Below are positions 9,852 through 17,911 of a stretch of 64,000 nt of DNA, one piece after another. The first letter of the stretch is position 1, and the number at the start of each line of letters is the position of its first letter. This DNA comes from Thermoanaerobaculia bacterium. GTDB taxonomy: Bacteria; Acidobacteriota; Thermoanaerobaculia; Multivoradales; Multivoraceae. Location of the stretch: contig OY761158.1 in assembly GCA_963664405.1 (NCBI GenBank), positions 6,688,001 through 6,752,000 of the forward strand. The letters are read 5' to 3'. The position numbers and the translations under genes were made by a program. Under the pieces are notes generated by a model. It was not told the origin of the DNA, made no database searches, and saw only the letters and a list, made by a program, of their open reading frames with translations.

Positions 9852-11235
9852 ATGATGGTCAAGACCCAGAGTGTCGGAGTCGCGATTACTCTCGCCCTGC
9901 TCATGGCCTTGTTGCCGCTGCCGACTCTTGGGCAGACATTGAGTGAGCGTAGCGGCGACCGACGCGCCATCGAGTTTCCCTATACGGACGCCTACCAAAC
10001 GCTGGTGGTCGATCTACATACGCACTCCGTTTTCTCCGACGGGAATGTGTGGCCGAGCATCCGCATGCGAGAAGCTGCGCTCGATGGTCTCGACGCAATC
10101 GCTGTAACCGAGCACCTAGTGTCGTGTCCCAGAAATGCCTACCTAATAGCTCGGCCCCTTTCGCTCGCTGCCTTCGTTACGCCTCGCCGACAGATTTCCC
10201 AATATGCCTGCCTCGCCGCGCCTTGGCAGCGAACGAAATGACCTCGATCTATTAGGCAGGCATTTCCGGGACACGACACTAGAATGGCAGCCCCATCTCG
10301 AGGACATTCCCCACCCGGATCGGAATCGATCGTTCGAAGTGGCACTCGCCAGTTTGCCGGAGGGGTCTGAGCTGATGGTCATCGCGGGGTCGGAGATTAC
10401 TCGCAGCGCCCCCGTGGGTCACATGAACGCTGTCTTTATTCAAGACGCCAATGCGCTCTTCGAGGTGCGCTCGAATGTGTCAGAGCCATTTGATGCGAGC
10501 GACTACTACAGGCTTGCAGGGGCGTGGCCGGCTCAGGCGGCGGTCGACGCGGCCAATGACCAAGGCGCTTTCGTGTTCTGGAATCATTCGTGGAGCATCT
10601 CGCCTGACAGTAAGACTGTCGTTACCGAGTTTCAGCGCAACAACGCGGTGGGCGGCAAGCTGCATGGCATCGAAGTCGTCAATGGCGGAACCTACTCCGC
10701 CGAGTCATTCGAGATCGCACTCGATCTCGACCTCGCTCTCATCGGGGTTTCCGACGTTCACAACCTGATCGATTGGGACTACCAGCCCCATGCCGGCGGG
10801 CACCGGCCGGTCAACCTCGTTTTTGCGGAAGGAAGAAGCGTAAACGCTCTACGCGAGGCGCTATTCGCGCGCCGGACGGTCGTTTGGTACAAGAACCTAC
10901 TCATCGGCCGGCCGCGTGATCTGTCTCCCTTGCTGGACGCCTCACTGAAAGCGGTGAGTGCGCGCTACATCCCCAAAGGAAAGGAGGAGACCAGGGTGCT
11001 GACGGTGGTGTTGCGAAATCTCTCTGATGCACACTTTCAGCTCGATAGCCTGAGTGATCTGAGCCTGGTACGAAACCATGACCTGATCGAGATCGCTCCA
11101 CACTCCGAGACCACGCTGAACGTCCGCACCGGGGAGGAGTTATTAGATCGATTGACACTCGACTTCGAAGTCCTCAATGCCCTCACAGCCCCGAAGAGCC
11201 ATCCCGTGATCAGCTTCGATCTGACGATCGACTGA
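9852..11235 (+). pseudogene. Secreted PHP-domain phosphodiesterase disrupted by a 163-bp insertion
   Basis: 5' part has a signal peptide, DLHTHSVFSDG and AVTEHL; 3' part continues EWQPH..HPDRNRSF, GHMNA, FWNH, GVSDVH. Removing 10120-10282 gives GAG CAC CTA GAA TGG (EHLEW) and one 407-codon frame. Confidence 0.9.
10116..10282. mobile_element. Non-autonomous hairpin/MITE-like element E1 (159 bp between two CTAG)
   Basis: Left end CTAGTGTCGTGTCCCAGAAATGCCTACCTAATAG matches the reverse complement of the right end at 32/34 positions. CTAG occurs at both 10116 and 10279 but only once in the reconstructed empty site. Confidence 0.93.
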
Positions 11236-11259
11236 GCTCTTCGGCGCTTCAACTGTAGC

Positions 11260-12075
11260 TCAGGCTTCGATCCCGTCTTGCAGGGGCTCGAGGTAGCTCG
11301 CGAAAAGCTCCCGTGTCGCTCGGACCTTGTGGAGCGCGCCAGAGTCGATGAGCCTTCGGAGCGCATTGTCACCTTCCCGCGCCCCCCTTTGGACTCGCAG
11401 GATCGTGTGATCGGACGCCGCCAGCATCTGCAGCACGAAATCACGTCGGTCGTCGAGTCCGTAGGCATCAAGCAAGACGCGAACGCGCTGGATGCACAGT
11501 CTCAGCATCTCTGGGCTCAGGACACCCTGTTCAAAATCCAGGCTCTTGCGGGCCTGGGGGTCATGGACCGGGGCAAAGCTGTTTGCCACTTTCGCGAGCT
11601 CGAGCTTCGCGGTACCTGGCGCGGCAACATCCCAGTCGATGACTCGGATCTCTTGGTCCGGGCCAAGCACCAGGTTTCGGGGGGCGACGTCGAAGTGGCA
11701 GATAATCTGGTCCTGCGCCTGGGCGTCCCAGCTCATTCGCCATCGCGCGCCGGCGGGCTCGACAAAGTCGCTAACGGCTTGGTGGTAGCCACGCAGCCAT
11801 CGGCCCGTTTTCGCCAGAGTCTCTTCGCTCCATACCCACCCGGCCTGGGACTGGTCGGCCCCCCCTGCGCGACCCGGCAGGAACGAGAGTATCTCTCGGC
11901 CTTGCTCATCGATTCCGAGAACCCTCGGCGCTTGAAAGAAGCCTCGAGACTCGAGATGCCGGAGCAAGGCGTGGACCGCGGGTGTCCAGGGGCCGGTAGT
12001 GCGCCGCACGGTATCACCCACTCGCTCGACGTGGCTGAGACTCCCACCTTCCAGAGGTTGAGCTCTACTCTTCAC
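11260..12075 (-). CDS. Aminoglycoside phosphotransferase (APH/kinase-like) family protein
   Basis: GDTVRR..GPWTPAVHALLRHLE..APRVLGIDEQGREILSFLPG, catalytic ICHFDVAPRN and VIDWD. Confidence 0.8.
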   Translation of the reverse strand: MKSRAQPLEGGSLSHVERVGDTVRRTTGPWTPAVHALLRHLESRGFFQAPRVLGIDEQGREILSFLPGRAGGADQSQAGWVWSEETLAKTGRWLRGYHQAVSDFVEPAGARWRMSWDAQAQDQIICHFDVAPRNLVLGPDQEIRVIDWDVAAPGTAKLELAKVANSFAPVHDPQARKSLDFEQGVLSPEMLRLCIQRVRVLLDAYGLDDRRDFVLQMLAASDHTILRVQRGAREGDNALRRLIDSGALHKVRATRELFASYLEPLQDGIEA

Positions 12076-12099
12076 TTTCGAGCGCGCGGAGTCAGCCGC

Positions 12100-12783
12100 T
12101 CAATCCCCGAGCTCGCACCGCAACTGGTGGAGGGCTTCTTCCAGGCGCGCGGTCGTAGAACGAAGCTCCTCCACCGAGCTCTCCACGGCCTGGAGGCGTT
12201 CCAGCGTCGATGGCCCCCGATCCCTCGATGCTTGCTCAAGCTCACTCCCTGGGCGCACATCGTCCGGAGCGTCGGGCGCGGACGGATCCACCGCCGCCAG
12301 TGAGTGCATCCAGCGGGTCTCCCGCTGGCCTGGGCGGCGCTCTTGCTCGTGCACCAGGACGTGGGGCTCCTCGGCGAGATCTTCGAGCTTCTGCAGCACG
12401 TCCTCGACAGTTTCGAAACGCTGCATTCGCTCCGTGCGTACTCTCAGCTCGCCGGGAGTTTGGGCGGCGCGGAGGAGGAGCTGAGTGATCAACGCCTTGC
12501 GAGATGGAGTGAGATGCCAGCGACGAGTGAGGCAATGCTCCCAGCGCTCCACTCGTGCCCCATCGCGCCGCTGAGTCAAGCCGTCGAAGCCCAGCCGATC
12601 CAGCGTTTCCACGACCTGGGTCTCAGTGAGCTCGGTCACCGGGTCGCGATTGCTCCTCTGATTGCAGGCGGCAATAAGTGCATTGACCGTGAGCGGGTAC
12701 TGGTCCTGGGTAGTCTGCTCTTTCTCGAGGAGAGCACCGAGGACGCGCATCTCGCAGGGGTCGAGTAGGCGAGTCTCTGGCAT
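12100..12783 (-). CDS. YceH/DUF480-family protein
   Basis: RVLGALLEKEQTTQDQYPLTVNALIAACNQRSNRDPV, LLLRAAQTPGELR, RRPGQRETRWMH. ATG at 12783 lies just after the stop of the upstream DUF4159 gene. Confidence 0.88.
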   Translation of the reverse strand: MPETRLLDPCEMRVLGALLEKEQTTQDQYPLTVNALIAACNQRSNRDPVTELTETQVVETLDRLGFDGLTQRRDGARVERWEHCLTRRWHLTPSRKALITQLLLRAAQTPGELRVRTERMQRFETVEDVLQKLEDLAEEPHVLVHEQERRPGQRETRWMHSLAAVDPSAPDAPDDVRPGSELEQASRDRGPSTLERLQAVESSVEELRSTTARLEEALHQLRCELGD

Positions 12784-12788
12784 GGTGC

Positions 12789-13604
12789 CTAGTGGCTCAG
12801 GGCATAAACCACGATGTTCACTCCCATCGCATAGGCCACGGTCGAGTACTTTTCGAAATACTCCTCGCCGTAGGCTTCGCGCTCCCAGCCGTCGCCGATG
12901 TCGGTATTGTGAGTGGCAACCACCATCAATCTCCCCTCGTCGTCGAAGATACCGCGCAGATGGACGGGTGTCACAGGGGCGGCAGGATAGCGGTGAATCC
13001 ACTCCGGGTCGTGGCCAAGGTAGGCGAAATCCCTTGCCGGTACCTGGGGCGGATCGGTCAGCGGGAAAACCTCATTGAGTAACGGATGCCCGCTGGGAAT
13101 GTCCTGCCAAGCTCTTTCCGGAAAGATCTCGTCAAAGATACCGTCGAGGTTCTCCCACTCGGCCCAGCCCCAGAAATCGTCTACCCATAAGAAGCCCCCC
13201 TTGAGCAGATACTCGCGCAAGGCCTTCGCTTCCTGAAGGTTGAGCGCCATCCAGCCGGGGTCGCACATATACAGGAACGGAAAGTCGAAGACGTCGGCGT
13301 CGCTCAGCCGCCGAGTGACAGGCTTCAAGTGGGGCTTGACCGTCGTCAGCTCGTCGAAGCGGCGCAGGAAGTTCTGATCCGCCTGCGGAAAGTCCGTTTC
13401 CCATCTGAGCCAGTAACGTCCGTCGTAGAAGTAGAAGGACTCTCCGTAGCCTCCTACGCTGTCGTACTCGACCCGGACGAAGCTGAAGGCCGCTTCTTTG
13501 GACGGCGAGTTTTGCGGCGGGCTCGAGGCCGACTGACCCCAAAGTGTCGGGGCGAGGAGAGCGGCAATCGCCAACACCGCAGCGCGAAAAGCGGGCTCTG
13601 CCAT
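12789..13604 (-). CDS. DUF4159-domain secreted protein (paralog 1)
   Basis: Signal peptide; WETDFPQAD, FPFLY, LREYLLKGGFLWVDDFWG, GRLMVVATHNTDIGDGWE, MGVNIVVYALSH. Confidence 0.85.
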   Translation of the reverse strand: MAEPAFRAAVLAIAALLAPTLWGQSASSPPQNSPSKEAAFSFVRVEYDSVGGYGESFYFYDGRYWLRWETDFPQADQNFLRRFDELTTVKPHLKPVTRRLSDADVFDFPFLYMCDPGWMALNLQEAKALREYLLKGGFLWVDDFWGWAEWENLDGIFDEIFPERAWQDIPSGHPLLNEVFPLTDPPQVPARDFAYLGHDPEWIHRYPAAPVTPVHLRGIFDDEGRLMVVATHNTDIGDGWEREAYGEEYFEKYSTVAYAMGVNIVVYALSH

Positions 13605-13738
13605 CGATAGTGTGCATTGTGGAGGATCGAAAGGGGTAAATCAACGGTGGACTCGGTCGCGTTGGCTGGAAGGAATCCCGTTTTCGCTGCCGGCCTTGCT
13701 CGCGGGCATGGCTCCCTGGTTGAGATAGCATCGAGGGC

Positions 13739-14623
13739 GTGAAGATGCCGTTCTCATTCGCCGTCTGTGCATCGCTCATCTCGGGCGCATCTTTGGCGCT
13801 GGTCGGTTGGAGCCAACTGGAGCTTGGCAGCGCTTTCGCGGCGAGTGCGGTCGCCAACCCCACCGCGAGCGCAGCCTCCGAGGACGAAGACGAGCGCTTC
13901 CTCCGAGAGGCCCGGGACGGTCTCGCTCGCTATTGGGCTCCGCCCAGCGATTCACATCGAGAGTTCTATTTCACGCGGGCGTTTTACAGCTCGGGGAGGA
14001 ACGACTTGTTCCGCGGCTTTCCCTCCTGGAGTGTCGATTTCCCCAAGGCGGATATTCAGTTCATGATGGGCGTCAAGCGCCTGGTCAACCATCTCGATGT
14101 TTACGAGGAACAGAACCCGGTGTCGCTGGCTGACCCCCAGCTCGCTCGCTACCCTTTCCTCTACGCCGTCGAGGTTGGCTACATGTCGCTGCGGGAGCCC
14201 GAGGTCCGCGGCCTGAGGGATTATCTGCAGCACGGCGGCTTTCTTGTAGTCGACGACTTTTGGGGCAGTCGTGAGTGGGCGAATTTCAGTCGTGAGATGC
14301 GACGGGTTCTCCCGGATCACCCGATTGTCGACGTCCCCTCGGACCATCCGGTGTTTCATTGCTTCTACGATGTCGAGGAGATCGTCCAAGTTCCCAATGT
14401 CGGCCAAGGTCGGTGGGGGGGGCCGACCTGGGAGAAAGACGGCTATGTGCCGCATCTGCGGGGTGTGCTCGATGACCATGGTCGGCTGATGGTCGCCATC
14501 AACTGGAATAGTGATCTCGGCGATGCATGGGAGTGGGCGGAGGACCCGTATTACCCGCTCAAATATTCGACCTATGCCTACCAGATGGGAGTGAATTTCA
14601 TCGTTTACGCGATGAGCCACTGA
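13739..14623 (+). CDS. DUF4159-domain secreted protein (paralog 2)
   Basis: WSVDFPKAD, YPFLYAVEVG, LRDYLQHGGFLVVDDFWG, GRLMVAINWNSDLGDAWE, MGVNFIVYAMSH. Confidence 0.85.
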   Translation: MKMPFSFAVCASLISGASLALVGWSQLELGSAFAASAVANPTASAASEDEDERFLREARDGLARYWAPPSDSHREFYFTRAFYSSGRNDLFRGFPSWSVDFPKADIQFMMGVKRLVNHLDVYEEQNPVSLADPQLARYPFLYAVEVGYMSLREPEVRGLRDYLQHGGFLVVDDFWGSREWANFSREMRRVLPDHPIVDVPSDHPVFHCFYDVEEIVQVPNVGQGRWGGPTWEKDGYVPHLRGVLDDHGRLMVAINWNSDLGDAWEWAEDPYYPLKYSTYAYQMGVNFIVYAMSH

Positions 14624-14627
14624 CCCT

Positions 14628-16901
14628 ATGTCTGTCTTCGAGCTCCTCTTTAAGTACCCTCCCTCGACCTTCGCGGCAGGTAGCCTTCGATTCCTGCCCT
14701 CCTGGCCACTATTGCTCGCCGCCGCGGTCTGCCTCGTTGTCAGCTTGCCGGCTCTGGCTCGATATCGGCGTCAGCGCCGTGGTGGCACGCCAATCCTTAT
14801 CGGGCTGCGTGCGGGTACTCTGCTGCTCCTCTTTTTGTGCCTGGCGCGCCCCTCATTGGTGCTCTCGACGGTCGTTCCCCAGGAGAGCTTCGTGGGAGTG
14901 CTCCTCGACAGCTCTCGCAGCATGGGCGTAGCTGATGAGGGCGGCCTGCCGCGATCCACTGCAATGCTCGATCTGCTCGACCCCGAGGGCGGTGACCTCC
15001 TCGGGGCCCTTGAAGAACGCTTCAAGGTCCGATTGTTCACCTTTTCGCGCGATCTTCGCCGCGTTGCAAACCTCGAGGAAGTTAGCGTAAGTGGCGATTC
15101 GACCCGTCTTGGCGATGCCGTCTTGCGCGCCACCGACGAGCTCGCGGCGCTTCCTCTCGCCGGCTTGGTGGTGCTCAGCGATGGCGCCGACAACTCTGCA
15201 AGGCCCCTAGAGGACTCGCTGCTCGAGTTGAAGGCGAGAGGGGTCCCCGTCTTTACCGTGGGGTTCGGCGAGGAGAGATTCGCTCGCGATCTTCAAATCA
15301 GTCGTGTCGAGGCGCCACAGAGGGTGCTCGAGGGCTCGTCATTAGTGGTCGAAGTGACCGTAGAGCAGACCGGCTTCGGTGGCGAGACCGTAAACCTCGA
15401 AGTGATGGACGACGGAAGGATTGTCAGCTCCGAGGCTCTCCACTTCCCAGCGACCGGGGAGGCGGTGGTGAGTCGGGTCAGCTTTGTCGCCCAGGAAGCC
15501 GGCGCACGAGAGTTTCAGTTTCGCGTAGCGCCACAGCGAGAAGAGGCCGTGGTCGAAAACAACAAGCGCTCGACGCTGATCCAGGTGGATGATCGGGTAG
15601 AGAAGATCCTTTACTTCGAAGGAGAGCCGCGTTGGGGGGTCAAGTTCCTCCGCCGAGCGGTGGCCGATGACGAAAATCTGCAGCTGGTCGTATTACTGCG
15701 AACGGCCGAGAATCGTTTCTCCCGTTTCGGGCTCGACAACGAAGAAGAGCTCGCGGGAGGCTTCCCGACCACTCGCGAGGAGTTGTTTAGCTATCGGGGA
15801 CTCATTCTGGGTAGCATCGAAGCGAGCTTTTTTACTCATGATCAGTTGCGCATGATTGCAGACTTTGCCGGTGAGCGAGGCGGCGGTTTCATGATGCTGG
15901 GTGGAAGACGCTCCTTCAGTGAAGGCGGTTGGGCGGGAACACCAGTAGCGGAGATGCTGCCGGTGCAATTGGGGCCCGCCGCCGGCGGAGAAGGGGAGAC
16001 CTTTCGCGCCGAGCTTTCGATCGAGCTCACCCCCTGGGGGCGCAGTCATCCGGCGCTTCGACTGGCCGAGACCGAAGAAGCGTCCGCCCAGAGATGGCTG
16101 GAACTACCGCCTACGGGCACCTTCAACCCGCTCACGCGTTTAAAGCCTGGGGCTACGAGCCTCATAGTTGGGCAGGGAGTAGGCATTCCCGACCAGCAAA
16201 TTGTCCTTGCGCACCAGCGCTACGGCGCTGGACGCTCGCTCGCTTGGTCGATTCACGACTCTTGGCATTGGCAGATGAGTGCAGACATACCGGTCGAGGA
16301 CATGACTCACGAGACGCTGTGGCGTCAGCTACTGCGTTGGCTGGTCAGCTACGCGCCGCGAGCCGTAGAGCTCGAGACAACGGGGGCGCTCGTAGCCCCA
16401 GGCGGGGTTGTCGAGTTGGTCGCGTCAGTGGGCGACGAGAGCTTCGTTGCCGTCAATAACGCCCAGGTGGACGCCTTGGTCACCAGTCCCTCAGGAGAAG
16501 AGATCAACGTTCCGATGAGCTGGAGTGTCGAGAAGGACGGCGAGTATCGAGGAGAGCTCACGGCGACTGAAGAGGGGCGCTATCGAGTACGGCTCGATGC
16601 GGCGACCCGGGAATCCCACCTCGGTCAGGATGAAGGGTGGATCTTGGCAGCGACGCTCAACGAAGAGTTCTTCGACGCGGAGCTGCGGCCGGAATGGCTC
16701 CAGCGCCTTGCCAGCGAGACGGGCGGGGAGTACTTCCGGCCGGAGCAGGCTCGGCGTATCGTCGACGGCTTGGCAGTCAATCGCCAAGGCTCCACACTCA
16801 TCGAACGAAGAGATCTGTGGGACATGCCGATCCTATTCGTCTTGCTCGCCACCCTACTGACCCTGGAATGGGCATTGCGGCGAAGAGAGGGAATGGCGTG
16901 A
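14628..16901 (+). CDS. Membrane-anchored protein with vWA-like, Ig-like and glutamine-amidotransferase-like domains
   Basis: N-terminal TMs, MIDAS-like LLDSSRSM ... VLSDGADN, class-I GATase-like RGGGFMMLGG, and C-terminal TM ending LEWALRRREG. Confidence 0.72.
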   Translation: MSVFELLFKYPPSTFAAGSLRFLPSWPLLLAAAVCLVVSLPALARYRRQRRGGTPILIGLRAGTLLLLFLCLARPSLVLSTVVPQESFVGVLLDSSRSMGVADEGGLPRSTAMLDLLDPEGGDLLGALEERFKVRLFTFSRDLRRVANLEEVSVSGDSTRLGDAVLRATDELAALPLAGLVVLSDGADNSARPLEDSLLELKARGVPVFTVGFGEERFARDLQISRVEAPQRVLEGSSLVVEVTVEQTGFGGETVNLEVMDDGRIVSSEALHFPATGEAVVSRVSFVAQEAGAREFQFRVAPQREEAVVENNKRSTLIQVDDRVEKILYFEGEPRWGVKFLRRAVADDENLQLVVLLRTAENRFSRFGLDNEEELAGGFPTTREELFSYRGLILGSIEASFFTHDQLRMIADFAGERGGGFMMLGGRRSFSEGGWAGTPVAEMLPVQLGPAAGGEGETFRAELSIELTPWGRSHPALRLAETEEASAQRWLELPPTGTFNPLTRLKPGATSLIVGQGVGIPDQQIVLAHQRYGAGRSLAWSIHDSWHWQMSADIPVEDMTHETLWRQLLRWLVSYAPRAVELETTGALVAPGGVVELVASVGDESFVAVNNAQVDALVTSPSGEEINVPMSWSVEKDGEYRGELTATEEGRYRVRLDAATRESHLGQDEGWILAATLNEEFFDAELRPEWLQRLASETGGEYFRPEQARRIVDGLAVNRQGSTLIERRDLWDMPILFVLLATLLTLEWALRRREGMA

Positions 16902-17911
16902 CCACTCGCCGTACGGCGGCGCTCTTCGCTATTGCGATCCTCGCGGGAGCTTCGACGGGTCATAGCTCCACCTTTCTCCTCGTCATCAGTGGACTCAGTG
17001 GTGACGACGAGTACCGCTCGCTCTTCGACCAGTGGTCCTTGGCTCTGCTTGACGGCGCGGTGGAGGCGGGGGTCCCGGCTGAGCGCCTCATCTATCTGGC
17101 CGAAGAGCCGGATAGATCTCCGGATCGCATATCGGCTGCTTCTAGTCGGCAAGAGGTGGAAGCCGCATTGAATCAGATTGCGGAGAGAGCTGGAGCGCAA
17201 GACGATGTTTGGGTGGTCATTTTTGGTCATGGTTCGGCTCGTGCCGGCGAGGCTCGCATCAATCTGCCGGGGCCAGATATGGGCGCCGAAGATTTCGCCC
17301 GGGCAGTCGAGCGGATTCAGCCTCGCAACTTGGTTTTGATCAATGCGACGAGCGCGAGCGGTGACTTCTTGGCGGCCCTCTCAGCGCCGGGCCGCACGGT
17401 CGTGACCGCGACACGCTCAGCCGCGGAGCGCCACGCTCCTGTATTCGGTAGGTACTTTGTCGAAAGCCTCGTCGGCAATCGGGGCGACGTCGACAAGGAC
17501 GAGCAGGTCTCTCTGCTCGAGGCCTTCGACTACGCTCGGGCCGAGGTCGAGCGCTCCTATAGCGACGACGGGCGTATGCTCACTGAGCACGCGATGCTCG
17601 ACGACAACGGTGACGGCAGCGGCAGTTTCGAGCCGAGTCTCGAAGAAGGCGGCGACGGCCTGGTCTCGAGCCGACTCTTTCTGTTCCGCGACGACGTCGC
17701 AGTGGCTGCCATGCCGAGCGAGCTTGCGGCTCTGCATCAGCGTAAGGAGAGTCTCGAGCTGCAGGTCGCGGAGCTGCGCCGGCAGCGCGAGGCGCTCGAC
17801 GTCACCGTTTACCAGCGAGAGCTCGAGACGGTACTCCTCGACCTGGCCGAAACCAGTGAGTCGATCTGGCAAATGGAAGGCAAGGGGAGTGTCGAGGAGG
17901 GGCGGCCATGA
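16898..17911 (+). CDS. Secreted caspase/legumain (clan CD)-fold-like protein
   Basis: GTG start overlapping the upstream TGA; signal peptide; VVIFGHGS; LINATSASG; EF-hand-like DVDKDEQVSLLEAF; C-terminal coiled coil. Confidence 0.6.
   Translation: MTTRRTAALFAIAILAGASTGHSSTFLLVISGLSGDDEYRSLFDQWSLALLDGAVEAGVPAERLIYLAEEPDRSPDRISAASSRQEVEAALNQIAERAGAQDDVWVVIFGHGSARAGEARINLPGPDMGAEDFARAVERIQPRNLVLINATSASGDFLAALSAPGRTVVTATRSAAERHAPVFGRYFVESLVGNRGDVDKDEQVSLLEAFDYARAEVERSYSDDGRMLTEHAMLDDNGDGSGSFEPSLEEGGDGLVSSRLFLFRDDVAVAAMPSELAALHQRKESLELQVAELRRQREALDVTVYQRELETVLLDLAETSESIWQMEGKGSVEEGRP

Noticed and set aside
9846-11235. Programmed frameshift or two genes for the overlapping ORFs 9846-10241 and 10204-11235
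   Set aside because: Fully explained by the 163-bp inverted-repeat insertion.
11260-12075. Acquired antibiotic-resistance gene
   Set aside because: Only a generic APH-like kinase fold, with no mobile context; substrate cannot be inferred.
11278-12303. Long opposite-strand or alternate-frame ORFs (also 41242-42402, 43065-44207, 57105-58202, 59320-60498)
   Set aside because: Shadow ORFs of well-supported genes in high-GC DNA with no recognisable motifs.
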